Positions 39,828 to 51,448 of a DNA stretch of 64,000 bases are shown here, in pieces; the stretch's first letter is position 1; each line of letters starts with the position of its first letter. The DNA is from Auanema rhodensis (lineage: Eukaryota > Animalia > Nematoda), in contig OZ059894.1 in the NCBI GenBank assembly GCA_964057225.1, forward strand, positions 15,438,001 to 15,502,000, given 5' to 3'. The notes beneath the pieces are model-generated. The model made no database searches. It saw only the letters and a list, made by a program, of their open reading frames with translations, and was not told where the DNA came from. A program made the translations under genes and the position numbers.

Positions 39828-41788
39828 TCTCTTAGTATATGTCCATCTTTTTTTGATATATAGTATACACATGTCAAGACTGATGAAAGGATAATCAAGA
39901 TTAAAAAAAACTTTTACGAAAACAATTGACGCTTAACTAGACCAGCTTTATATACTACAAAAGCCTGCTTTATACCATGTTCTTTATATAGACAATCTTA
40001 GTTATATGATATCTCGCTCATTACAAATTGTGTTAAGAATCTATATTGACTCATATAAATCGCAAGCTTTCAAACAAAAAGATATTCTCTTCAATAAACT
40101 TAATGCTTTTATAACATATTGAGAATAAGCATTCTTATAAAAACATAAAAGAACACTGAATAATTAACAAAAAATGGAAGTAATATGAAAAGGAAGAGCA
40201 AAAAAATGGTTGAACCTTTGTCTTACATGTCTTTCAAAAATATTTCACTTTTCCTCTTCTCCCCCCGTTCGTTCTCTCTCTCACTTATTCTCTCTTTATC
40301 TATAGTTCATGTTTCATTAGATCACCTTCGTAGTTCTTTTCAAATATTAAACCGAAAGTGGCAATAGGCTACCTTCAGCAGTAAGTGAAATAGATCTCCA
40401 AAACTTTGACGAAATAAAGACGACAGCCAACGGAGATAATCATAGTCCAAGTGAGAATAGTCGTTCGTTTCAAATCGCACAACTTTTATATCCAGAGGAA
40501 TCAATAAATAAGATTTTATCATACAAAACTTATTTATAAAAGATTCACAACTCATATAAGATAAGTCGTAAAATAGTTTCATTGTACAATCTAGAAAATG
40601 TACGAAATTTGAAAAAAGAAAATAAGTTTTAAACACTTTAGATCGAAATTCGTTATGAAATTGTTCTTTGTTGAGTAATTTGTAATTCTCGTGGATTTTT
40701 GAAAGTATATTCGAAGTTGGAATTTGGTATTCTTTTAAGATTACGGTTTCCAAAAACGTTTGAGCGCATATTACCAGCATGCAAGCATGATGAAAGAAAA
40801 AAACAGAAATTTAAAATATCTCAAACATTAAAGTTATTTCTATTTATGGAAAATAGATGTATATATTTGTGAATTTAATACATAAGTGGGCATAAGAGCG
40901 TTTTTGTGAAAACTTGGTGCCTAAAATGTGGGATGTGGTCGAAACGTGTGAATTACATGGAATATGAGGTGTATAAGACATAGACACTCACGTTTTTGGC
41001 TTTCATATTAAAAAAAAGATGATACATACAGATGTTTCTTGTGAATGTGAACAAATTGGTGTGATAGCTAACCAAAAGACCAGCTTAAGAGCGTGAAAAA
41101 AGGTTTTCGTAGTGATGACATGGATGAATATTCGTTCTAAGCTAAATTAACTTGAGAAGTTGTGAATATTTGATGAATTATTATTATTTGAAAACAAAAT
41201 TGAAATTAATTTTCTTCAATCAACTGGTCAAAATTCCAGATTTCAGATGTGCTGAAAACTATTATTTCATTTCAGTTTTAGAAGAAAATCTGAATGTTAA
41301 AATCGGATCAACCAAATGAAACATTAGCACTTGTATTCCATAAAAAATAGTAGATTGTAATCATTCATATAGATATATGAATATTGCTTTCAAAATAATA
41401 AGAAAACGAAATATTTTGGAATACAAGATGTCAATTTGGTCTATTATTCCCATATTAGAGAGCTATCAATAAGCTAAACATAAACGAAATAGACTTGTGA
41501 ACTTCAAGAAATCAAGCATGATATGCTTGAAGACTGTGTTTTGATGGACAATCACCAATTCACCAACACCAAACATATTTTCCCAGATAATTATACTAAT
41601 TATATATTTTAGTTACAATGAGACCTGAACACGAGTGACCAATGCCATTATTTGATATGAAAAAAACTGACACAAGACGTTCATAAACGAACTAATAAGG
41701 AAACTGGTGAAAATGTATAAAATGGACTTACTGAGCAATAGGAGATTTGGACGAGAGCTGCGAAGACAGTAACTAATAAAAATAACAT
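32033..41788 (-). CDS. Large secreted Pro/Gly-rich low-complexity protein with an ordered helical C-terminal region; probable cuticle/apical-ECM protein, about 15 exons, 6.9-kb first intron
   Basis: Signal-peptide exon 41788-41732 (MLFLLVTVFAALVQISYCS) splices in phase to 34848 (PFVPRAQVPPALYN). Internal exons include an RKKR furin-type site and GGGGSGF repeats (about 33007-33078). Terminal exons 32533-32416, 32338-32202 and 32131-32033 encode ALLNVLNKADEGFNQAITHFERGTPVETVMVDIMEVALGSQKLDSQAKLLGHVDRTIGLDNLQRIQRWANTAGALDLFKEQFVKFARNF. Confidence 0.8.
36729..36743. promoter_or_regulatory. Perfect nuclear-receptor inverted repeat IR3 (AGGTCA-ata-TGACCT) with a RORE-type AT-rich 5' flank
   Basis: The sequence gaaatAGGTCAataTGACCTtag lies in intron 1 of the secreted-protein gene. 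Function is inferred. Confidence 0.45.
39756..39832. repeat. (CT)n microsatellite
   Basis: CT run with few interruptions. Confidence 0.95.
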
Positions 41789-42655
41789 TTTGTTAGTACA
41801 AATAGTACAGCATAGCCTAGACATATAGCCTTTTCTTCCAATTGCTTCGGAATGTAAGGGGATGCTTCACGAAGAGAAAGGAGAGAAAGAAAGGGAGTAT
41901 ATGATGGGCGGGCAATGGATTTCTGATAGTCCGAAAGGAAAAAAGGGGCGGAGTAGAACTGCTGCTGTGCGAAAGCAAGGAAAGAGACAGGCCATGAAGG
42001 CGGAGACAGCCCGGATATAGATTGTATGCCTTCATAGAACTTTCCACTATGGGAGATACAATACGATTGCGACATACGTACTCTCTCGTCCCTCGTTCTC
42101 TTTCTCCACTTCAATAAATTATCCTATCGCTGGAACTCTTTCTTAAATACGAATATCATTATGATTGAGTTCAAATTGATAAGATGATATGTATACGATC
42201 AGTAGGACACCATCGAAATACGTAATCGAAAAGGTTTTTTCTCAATTTAAAGTTGTGAACGAGTGCGATGCTATCTTACTTACTGTACCAAACTCATAAA
42301 AGCCATAGAAACGCTGTGAAAATTAGACATTTCTTTGAAAAACGATTTTCAAAGAAGAATAGTTTGTGTTTCATTTCTGACTTATAATAGTTTCCACTAC
42401 ATCTGGAGACCAAATACGAGAATTATAACCTAAATTCCAATTTCTATCACCATGAATACATGAGAGAAATGAAAGAATAAATGTTTATAAACTTACAAGA
42501 ACAGCTCATCGGCAGGGATTGTAAATTTATAATTTTATTTATATGATATGTTAAAATTTCTATACTTCTGTGTGTGTGTTGTATTAGTTATAATTTGCTG
42601 GTTAAGCTGAGAACTACGAGAATTAATTACTACATAGAACAAGAAACTTACCAGA

Positions 42656-42794
42656 TTATAACATGTTAATTCTTCCCGTATAAATCAAATGCAACTCGTT
42701 CGTAATCTCGTACATTAGCTTAAATCCGATTTTAGCTTCAAAAGGACTGTATAATCCTTTGGATCAAGAAAACGTTATTGACTTACGCTGCCAT
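42656..42794 (-). other. Candidate 32-aa two-exon micro-ORF on a multi-exon transcript directly downstream of RMC1 (microprotein, lncRNA or decayed gene)
   Basis: TTTAG acceptor at 42801, ATG at 42794, GTAAGT donor at 42786, a 40-nt intron and stop at 42656-42658, giving MAAPFEAKIGFKLMYEITNELHLIYTGRINML. Further GTAAGT donors at 42651 and 42496 and acceptors near 42430 and 42314 lie downstream of the stop. Confidence 0.4.
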
Positions 42795-43039
42795 CTTGAA
42801 CTAAAGATATGAATATAAAGTTGTTATACATACATTTAATTTCTTGTTTTGGACAAAACAAATTACCAAATTTAAGTTCTTATATCAATGGATGTTGTTC
42901 AATAATTTCATTAAATACATATGATTACAAAGAAATTTTTGTTTGGATGTTTATTAGAAGTTAAATGTATATACATAACCATATATACATACCGAACTCT
43001 GTACCAAAAATTAAAAATAATTTTTCAATATTTAAAAAG

Positions 43040-45893
43040 TTAATCGTAAAGAACATTAAGTGCTACTTCACGTTCAGCTTCTTCCAACTCTTCTTCAGAA
43101 AACAACCCGTTCAAATCTACTAAACATTTCACTGGTACTTTCCATTATTGTCTAGAAACGCTGACCTGGTTTCCCTTTTTTATTTGCTAGATGGTTTAGG
43201 ACAGCATACTGTACAAACCTATCCTTCTTATTGGCAGCTTCGATAAGTTTTGCATGACTATAGTTTGTATGACCACTTTGTGAGTCCAGAAACCTGAATA
43301 TAGATTGAATGAAAAATGTTCTTCTGTAACCCAATTACCGAACGGCATCAACCACAAGCCCTTTAGATAGAAGAACTTCTATGATTTCAGCAATACCTTT
43401 CTGCCTAAAATAGAATGAAAATTGAATAATTTTTCCAAAAAATAACAACCTGCACAAAATATCAACACCGGATTGGAAAAGCTGTTTACATCTTGCTTCG
43501 TAGCCAAGCAAGAGAGAAGCCAAAGGTTTTAAGTCAGAAATTACCTAAAATATTCCGATTAATTGAGAAAGATGTCAGTCATATTGTACCCGATAAGTTA
43601 CTAGTTGGTGAAGTGTCGTCATTTCTCCAGCATCTGCCAGCGTTTGAACAAGTAATTCGAGAAAATAATTCTAAAATGGCTTACTTAAAAAAGCATTAAG
43701 GAAAACAAGCATACATTTACTACTATTTCAGTTTTATATAAAGCATTCAAATATTGAAGCATTACATTACCCACATATTTCAAATCACCTGATAGATCGT
43801 CCTGAATAATAAAGTTTAAATTTCAAATTTCAAAGGTATACTAACCTTTAGAGGTATGAAGAAACCACTTATTAATTGAGCTTGTTCAATTGATGGGCAA
43901 TTAAAAGGCACGGGCATTAGAACAGACTTAGAATTCTCTGAGAATATCAAGTAAACCATCGACTTGGTAGAAGGAAAAATACCATTTTTTTGAGCAACCG
44001 ATGCATTATTTTCAGCTATGACACGAAATAATTTTCCTAACTATAAAAAAAAATTAAATTTATCTATGTGAGCTAATTGTACCACTCTTAACGAAATCTC
44101 CCGTTTTTTAACACAGTTCAGTAAAGTGGATATAGTTAATGAACTTTGATTGGCACGGTTCATCAAGAAGCGTAAAAGAAGAAACTTAAACAACGTTTAT
44201 AACTGATTATCAGATTATCTTACCTTGTCTTCAATAGATCCACATGCTTTCTCATATTGTACCATTAATTTATACATCATTCCCATCATTGGATCTATAA
44301 AAGAAGATTTAATCATAACTTAATATTAGTTAGCTAACCCGCTATAATGTAGGGCTGGAATATACGCCACATCATAGAATACAACGACGGAGTCGGAGTA
44401 CAGGATGGACTACCAGCTATAATTAAAGAGATAAATAGACAACAAATAAAATGAAATATACTGATTGAGCTAGTTATTATTGCTTCGTGGACTTCTTCAT
44501 TTGATAAATTGATATCAAAAATTTTCGACACACAACTAGGCTAAAATATAAATTTTAGTCTGTATGATGTGAAAGAAAATTGTTAGACCTGGTGATGAAC
44601 AATAATCAGATTATCAATTATATTTATCCCAATTCCGTTTATACCAAATCCTGAAATTTGGAAAAAAATTTCATACAAATTTTTAAATCTACTAGTACCG
44701 AGTGAGAGTACGTAACGAAGCTTTGAAGGCGCTTTTTCATCCGATGACAACTCGTACAAAGCGATGTCAGTGGTTTTATTCGAAGTACTATTCCGGACAT
44801 TATACCTTATGACTAGCAAATATAGTTTACCATATCTAAAATAAAATAAAAATGAAAAAAGGAACTAGAAATGAAAGATATGGAAAACTAGAGAAAAAAA
44901 ATTAAATAAGAAGTAAAAAATAATATAATAAAAAATTATGAGTAAAGTTTAATCAGTAAGCAACTTACAGAGACGCCATTAGAACATCTTTTTCTAATAA
45001 TTTTTCACTAGAATTTTGGCAACCGAGATCAACATCGAAACTCTTTATAGAGAAAAACATTAAAAAATAAATATCAGATATAGCATACCTTTAACCTAGT
45101 GAATTGGCCATGGTTTACTAAAATTGGTTGAATAGTTGCACTATTTGCTCCTGTACCAAGAATACATATACTACTCTCTGGCTGAAAAAAAAATTATTTC
45201 TTCAATTCAATATATACTTACATAATAAATACACCACGAAGCTGATACATTAGTAGATTTTTGTAACTTATAGGTTTTTTTCGTTTCATTAATAGTGAGG
45301 AGTTCCATACATTGTTTGCTTACTAATAATAACTGGAAAGGTAGGGTTAGAAATCAATGATTAAAAGTATACAAATAAACTAACCTGAGTATAATTAATC
45401 CAATCTACAGCAATCAACCGTTCCTGATACTTAGAATGAGCAGTAAATTCTATGGACCCTGTTGAGTCCGAACTTCCTACCAAAATTATATCCTATATTT
45501 GTTATTTTAGTTCCTAAAACCACCATTCACATACCACTGAACAAGCTTGTCTTTGAAAAACAACCATTTTTTTATTAGGAGAAAGTTTGACTAGCTCGGT
45601 GGAGCCTTTATCTCTAGTTCTGAAATACAGCTTGACGATTGTTAAATAAGCGAGAACGTATACCGAAGAGATATAACCTCTGAGCTTTCCAGTGATTTAC
45701 AAGTCAAGCCCAATCCTCCATTATTTCTTAATGTACATAGCTGAATAGAGTAAGGGAAAGATAAGTTTCCATGAATAAACAAATTTCTCACCATATTTGT
45801 ACCATTATCAAAAAAGTTGGTGGTCTCTGCTCCAGAATCATTAGACCTGCCATCGGGTTCGAATGACAAGGCAATGGTACCTACTTCTAGCAT
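43040..45893 (-). CDS. RMC1: Regulator of MON1-CCZ1 complex (RMC1/C18orf8/Mic1) orthologue
   Basis: Multi-exon ORF. N-terminal NFFDNGTNM..LRNNGGLGLTCK resembles VFFDEANKQVFAVRSGGATG. Internal GINIIDNLIIVHHQ resembles ALNVVDNLVVVHHQ. C-terminal EIIEVLLSKGLVVDAVRFL matches the Mic1 domain. The last exon ends ..EVALNVLYD-TAA at 43040. Confidence 0.85.
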
Positions 45894-46147
45894 AATATCA
45901 TTCGGTAATCTACAAATATCGATTGAGAAGTCTTGCGTTGGTAAATTACAATAAATGCCGAAAAGAAGAAGCTTTTCAAGGTATTGAAGGTCAATGACTT
46001 AAAAACTTGAAGTTTTTTTAAATAGGTACGCGATGTTGCGTACAAACATTTTATCATTAACTGAGACAAAACTTCAAACATTTGTTATCTACTTTATGTT
46101 TCTATTGGTTGTAACCTCATGTGGCTTCGATAATATAACTTTTAAGT
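45894..46147. promoter_or_regulatory. Probable bidirectional promoter between RMC1 and nuaf-1
   Basis: The two start codons are head-to-head and separated by 254 bp. Each is preceded by an AG acceptor-like site (near 45910 on minus, 46146 on plus). Confidence 0.55.
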
Positions 46148-47484
46148 ATGAAGCTATGTAGAAGACAATTTTTCGTCTTATCATCATCCCTATCAAACTT
46201 ATCATGTCGAAATATTTCTTCTAGTTCTAGCTTTTCCAACTTTCTTAAAGATGTTTCACAACAATCAAGCAGTTTACAGGTGTTATAAGAAATATTCTTA
46301 TTAATAATAAGCATTTACGCTTTTTTCTAGAAAGCTGGAAAAACTGACATTAAAACTAAAGTGAAAGTGCCTGTTTTTGGCGGTTCTGATACTCCAATTA
46401 ACATTAATTTTCCAAACAAGAAAGGAGTGTTCGGGTATGATCCAGATGTTTCGGCCAAAGATTTATTAAAATCTGTTCCAGAAGTTGCTTCTTCCCAAGC
46501 AAAGGTATTAGCTATATATTTTGCTTATAAGTAAACTACATGTTCTTTTTCAGCTGTTAAAAAAAGAATTGGTTGAAGATGGGGGAAGTATTGAAAAAGT
46601 AGAGCTCTTGGAAGATATAGGTTTATTAAGGCATAACGAGGCTCGAATCGAATATCGATTTGATACAGAAGAAGTTGAAACTTTTATAAACAAAGTCTAA
46701 TTATCAAATTTCAGGCCCGGTCCTTATGGCATACAGGTTGCGATAGTAATTGGAAAGAGGGATTTTCGCAATGTGAATTTGTCCCCACTGATAATGGAAC
46801 ATCTATATTCAGGTTTTTCCCGGATATTTCCCCAACTTAATTAATTCTTTTTTAGAGGAACAATTTCCACAAACGTTTTAAAAGATGGACGTATTGAGAG
46901 AGCCGGTTGGGCTTCGCTCAAATTGGAAGACCGCAGAGCATTTAATAGAAAAAAATATTTATCTAGATGGAAGAATTTCTCACATATGCTTGTGAAGGTT
47001 CCATTTGTTTTACATCTGATGCTAATTTACTTAATTTTCAGTGTAGAGGAGATGGACGAAGTTATAAATTAATGCTTCATTCTCCAATGGCAATAGACTT
47101 CACTTGGGGTGATTCATTTTCTTATCCTCTGCATACACATGGTGGCCCGTATTGGCAATATGAAAGAATTCCATTTTCTCGGTTAAACCAATGGTTATGA
47201 AACATCTTCTAGTATCTCTTTTTAGTTTTTTCCACACAGTTAACGGGAGAATTCAAGATAGGCAATACAGAGTAAATTTGGAGGACGTAAGGTAAAGTAA
47301 CTGCGAAAATATATTCAAATAAAAATATCTTTATAGTTCAATAGGAATAGTACTCATGGATAGAATTGATGGGGATTTTTCTCTGGAAATAGATTGTATA
47401 GGAGTTTATAATGATAGATCACATGTAGAAGATTTCGCGTATGAAACGTATACAATGCCAGTTTTTAACTCACACGGCTTTTAG
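46148..47484 (+). CDS. nuaf-1: Mitochondrial complex I assembly factor NDUFAF1/CIA30
   Basis: Ser/Arg-rich presequence ([25 protein letters not shown]). CIA30 motifs: [76 protein letters not shown]. Stop TAG at 47482-47484, followed by AATAAA. Confidence 0.93.
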
Positions 47485-47585
47485 AAAACTTAATAAATTT
47501 AGATAAAATTTAGTTCAAAAATTTTATTTACATCGGAAAGAATGTCACCAAAATACATTAAAATATTTTTATGCTTTCGAAGTCG

Positions 47586-48057
47586 TTATAAAACTATATC
47601 CTTCCTTTTAGAAACTAATGGAATATATGGTTCAACGTCAACCTTAAAAATTGTATTATTACTTTGTATTCGAGTAAATTTTTTTCTAACCCTATCGCCA
47701 TCTATTACATGCGGTCGCAAGGCCATAGCTCTGTTTGCAGACTCCTTGGATTCAAACGTTACTGACGCAAATCCTCTGTGTAAACCTGTTTCAGCATCCT
47801 AAAATAATAAATAATTTAAATTTAGGAATATAATACTTACAAAAAACATATTAACTGCTTTCACTTGACCAAACCTATTAAAATAAGTTTCAAGCTGATC
47901 TGAAAGAAAATATGATGAAATTACATCATATAAACGTAAACTTACTTTTACCCGTAACCCATTTAACATGTGTCAGATATACAGTTTGACCTGCCACTTG
48001 ATTATTCGTTGATATACTTCTCAAATTCCTACAAAGTGAAACTAGTGAACGTTTCAT
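47586..48057 (-). CDS. SLIRP: SLIRP-like single-RRM mitochondrial RNA-binding protein, about 111 aa, 4 exons
   Basis: Spliced product MKRSLVSLCRNLRSISTNNQVAGQTVYLTHVKWVTGKNQLETYFNRFGQVKAVNMFFDAETGLHRGFASVTFESKESANRAMALRPHVIDGDRVDVEPYIPLVSKRKDIVL. It has a basic presequence, and FDAETGLHRG and HVIDG resemble SLIRP FDKETGFHRG and HIIDG. Confidence 0.75.
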
Positions 48058-48332
48058 TGTAACAGAAGTAGCTCCTAATCAGCAGTTACACTGCCACTGA
48101 AATTGAAAAATATGATGTTTTTAAATATAAATGGATAGCAAACAAAGTTAAAACCAAATAATAAAAAAGACATCGGCAGTATATAATTTCAAGACGATCA
48201 GGGCCAAGTAGGTTTTAATGAACTTTGAAAATTATCGGTCATTTAAGTAAAGTATTCCCAGGCAACCGGTCGAATACGTATCAAAATACTCGTTGAAAAT
48301 AACCCGATCCTGTACTCCTAAGTCTAATCAAA

Positions 48333-49610
48333 ATGTCCCCGGATTCAGAATCTACGAAAAAGGATAAAAATAGCATAGACAACAAGTAAGCTTTATCTCG
48401 TGCTATAGCTCAAGCAGAAATATGAAAATGCGTGTGTTGTTTACAGCAATTGTAAAGAACGTACATCAGAAGAAATTCAAGCAACACATTCTTACCATAG
48501 CACAGAAAGTTTAAAAAGAGACTCTGAGCCTGATCTCACTGAACGATACACACTACACAGGGAAAATAGGTATATTGAACTTGGTATTGAATAGTCAGCT
48601 GGTAGTCACGTGACAATGAATCGTGAAGATTAAATAATCGATGTTGAAGGACATTATCGTCTTTCATATAAAACGGGAAGTGAAAGCATGATTACGGGTT
48701 TATGTAGTCATGAATTAAAATATGTTAAAAGGACATGTTTAAGATTTATTATTAAGGGCCAATAGTGACGACGATGGTAGTGTTTCGTATCTTATTAACC
48801 GTGAAGTTGATGGCACCGAGTTGATTCAACATCCATTACATATTAGCACAATTTCTAATGAAAATGACGATCTATTGAGGGATGAAGTGTGTGAGGTCCA
48901 AATAAAGAATAAATATATTCAATAACTCTGAAAATTTCAGATTCACGCTCAAGAAAAGGGTGCATGCAGTGTTTCTACACCAGATGTGGTTGATAATTGT
49001 TTCACGTATGCTACTGATGTAGTGTCTTCTGCTGTTGACGGGTTTGTTTGATTAAAGAATTCCTGAATTTTTTCTTATCTTTACTGTTTTTGTCACTTTT
49101 GTTTGTAAACATTTATTTTTAGTTTTCCTGATTTCAATATTTTCCCCTCTATTATTTCTTATATTTTCAAGGGTGTTATCTATCTTCAAACTCATCCAGT
49201 AAGAGCTTTCTCAACTTTAAGCATCATGGTCGTGTTTTATTATCAGAAACAATTTTGTTTTTAGACAGTTTCAACTACTTTATTTATTTTACTGTGTCTG
49301 TGGTGGATTTGGTCTCGTATTGATTTTTGTTTTTCGTTAATTATTGCCAATTTGGTGAATATTTTGAATCCCTGGGTTCATTCAATTGCCGTTGCACTTG
49401 AACAACTATTCCGACGTGGATTCCATTTAGCTTCCTATTCTCAGGAAGTTTGGGAAGTAAGAACTTTTTATCACGCATTCATATCAATTAGTTGAATTTC
49501 AGTCTTTTTACTGTGATTTTTCGATTAAATGGTGTCAGCAGTTCAAATTAATGTGCAACGTTACTTGCTCCCATCTTCAAAGAACTCTAGAAAGAGCACG
49601 TAGAGCTTAA
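48333..49610 (+). CDS. Uncharacterised membrane protein with an acidic N-terminus and a C-terminal four-cysteine motif; 5' exons tentative
   Basis: In-phase exons 48744-48895, 48941-49041, 49123-49228, 49265-49456 and 49503-49610 encode ..TVSTTLFILLCLWWIWSRIDFCFSLIIANLV..SFYCDFSIKWCQQFKLMCNVTCSHLQRTLERARRA. Upstream exons from ATG 48333 join only through a weak acceptor near 48649; ATG 48688 is the alternative start. Confidence 0.65.
48605..48614. promoter_or_regulatory. Palindromic extended E-box GTCACGTGAC (CLEAR-type consensus)
   Basis: Exact 10-bp palindrome matching the TFEB/HLH-30-type consensus. Function is inferred. Confidence 0.4.
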
Positions 49611-49688
49611 TATATTTCTACTAGATACTTGATATATTTGTTTTAACAATTTGAAAGTAAATGTTTATACTTGAATAAATTCTACATT

Positions 49689-50318
49689 TCAATAAAAATT
49701 ATTATGCATTGGTGAATGTCTATGATCGTATGGTAAAGGAGAAACCTGAATTAATGGCATTTTTTTCTGTTTAATTTTTGGTGTTAATCTGATTAAGCGA
49801 GTGAAACACAACCAACTTGCTGTCACCTAAATGAAATATGATGCTTAATTGGATTGTGAAACGTACGCTTAGTGCTACAAAAGCTTGAGCTATTCCTACA
49901 TGCACTAGATCTCTATAATAGCATTTGGCAACGTCATCCCGTAACATATCTTCCGTACAAGATATTAATTCTTTTTTATAAAACTTGAAAAAAAAGTTTA
50001 AAAGTATATAAATGATAAATATACCAGCTGAGATTGTTTAATGCAGTAGTCTAGAGCATGTAAAGTAGTGAAAACCATGGAGAAACAAGTGAAAATAATG
50101 AAATGGCGTTGATACGAAAAGACACCGAAGATAGAAATAAGAAAAAGTGTTAGAATAAGTTCATCTAAAAGTTCATAAACATAAAATAATTAAAAGATTT
50201 TTAACAAACCAAATAATGTTACTGCTTCTTGATCCCAGTAAATTGCTTTGGATAATTTAATAATCCATGTAATGGATATTCCAAAAGTGGAAAAAAATTC
50301 AAGAGAATCAAAAAACAT
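49689..50318 (-). CDS. Small uncharacterised multi-pass (3-4 TM) membrane protein, about 167 aa, 4 exons
   Basis: Phase-consistent exons encode MFFDSLEFFSTFGISITWIIKLSKAIYWDQEAVTLF / DELILTLFLISIFGVFSYQRHFIIFTCFSMVFTTLHALDYCIKQSQL / FYKKELISCTEDMLRDDVAKCYYRDLVHVGIAQAFVALS / VTASWLCFTRLIRL..NNFY-TGA. Confidence 0.7.
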
Positions 50319-50593
50319 ATTGTTATTAGTATTTTCCTTTAAAAAATTAATAAGAACATTTTCATTCAGAAGTTAAACCAACCAGTTCGATAGAAAGTTA
50401 GTAGAAAAATGAAACTATATTCTTAAATTGATCGGTTTACTACTTTGAACTTTTAAAATGCAAAACAATTTGTATTATAAAAAATTTATTTCAGGGATTT
50501 TTCTATGATTTAAAGTTTAAAAAGATCTCTATTCGATAAACTATATGAATGTGTTAAGACAATGTGCTAAAAACACTATTTACTCAGAGTAAT

Positions 50594-51448
50594 TCAAATT
50601 TTATGTGTGCCTCTTCTTTTTTCATTATGACGGGCAGAACGAACCAAAACATCATTGCTCATATAACCACCGTTGTAGCCTGTAGCATATGCAGGAAGGC
50701 CAGTAGATGGGTGTGGAAGGATTTGTTTTTCTTCGTATGGACCTGGTGGTCCAGGTATTTGCGGCACACATGGTTGTGGATTAATTGGAACTACATAGCC
50801 TGGAGAAGGCGTAGTGTATCCAACTTGGTAGCCATTGTTGGGATAGGGTTCTTCAGTTTGAGCATAATTTCCCTGAAAAAAAATGCAAGAAAAATAATTA
50901 AAATGTCTTAATTCTTACACTTGAAGCAGTATTGAATTGTTGATTTACATTTTGTCGTAATGCCGGTTTAGCAGGCTGTCCCAAGTTATTTTGATTATAG
51001 GTTGGTTGGGCAGCTAAAGGAGAAGCACTATCTTGTCGGGATCCGTAGTAAACTTGCTGGCTTTCTCTAGAAAACAAAACAAAATTTTTCAAATTCAAAA
51101 CTTTTTTTATTTACTTGTATACTGGAATAACCCCATTTTTTCTAACTCTACTACTGCGTTGAAAATTAGCATCAGTTATTGATGATACATCTACAGTACT
51201 TAACGAATTAGGATTTGGAGATATAACATTCGAGGTGGACACTCCACTTTCTTCTCCAAAGCTGGTACCATAGTGTGTTCCATAGGTTGTTTCGTAGTGA
51301 TTTCCATTGTTATTTCCATAATCTATACCAACAGCATAGCTACCATATCCACTAAAATTAAAGCTGAATCTTATTTTTATAAAAATAGAACTAACCAAGA
51401 AGCAAAGCCAATCAAAGTAGCTAGAAGACCAATAGTGAAGATCATCAT
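50594..51448 (-). CDS. Secreted Tyr/Gly/Pro/Asn-rich low-complexity protein (probable cuticle/aECM), 4 exons
   Basis: Signal peptide MMIFTIGLLATLIGFASC, then GYGSYAVGIDYGNNNGNHYETTYGTHYG, ending ..KRRGTHKI-TGA. TATATAA at 51479-51485 upstream. Confidence 0.8.

Noticed and set aside
40340-40780. 146-aa minus-strand ORF
   Set aside because: AT-rich, F/I/K/L-biased composition typical of chance ORFs; no motifs.
32033-41788. Naming this gene osr-1 or an mlt gene
   Set aside because: The sequence does not match what I recall of OSR-1, and I cannot verify any other name.
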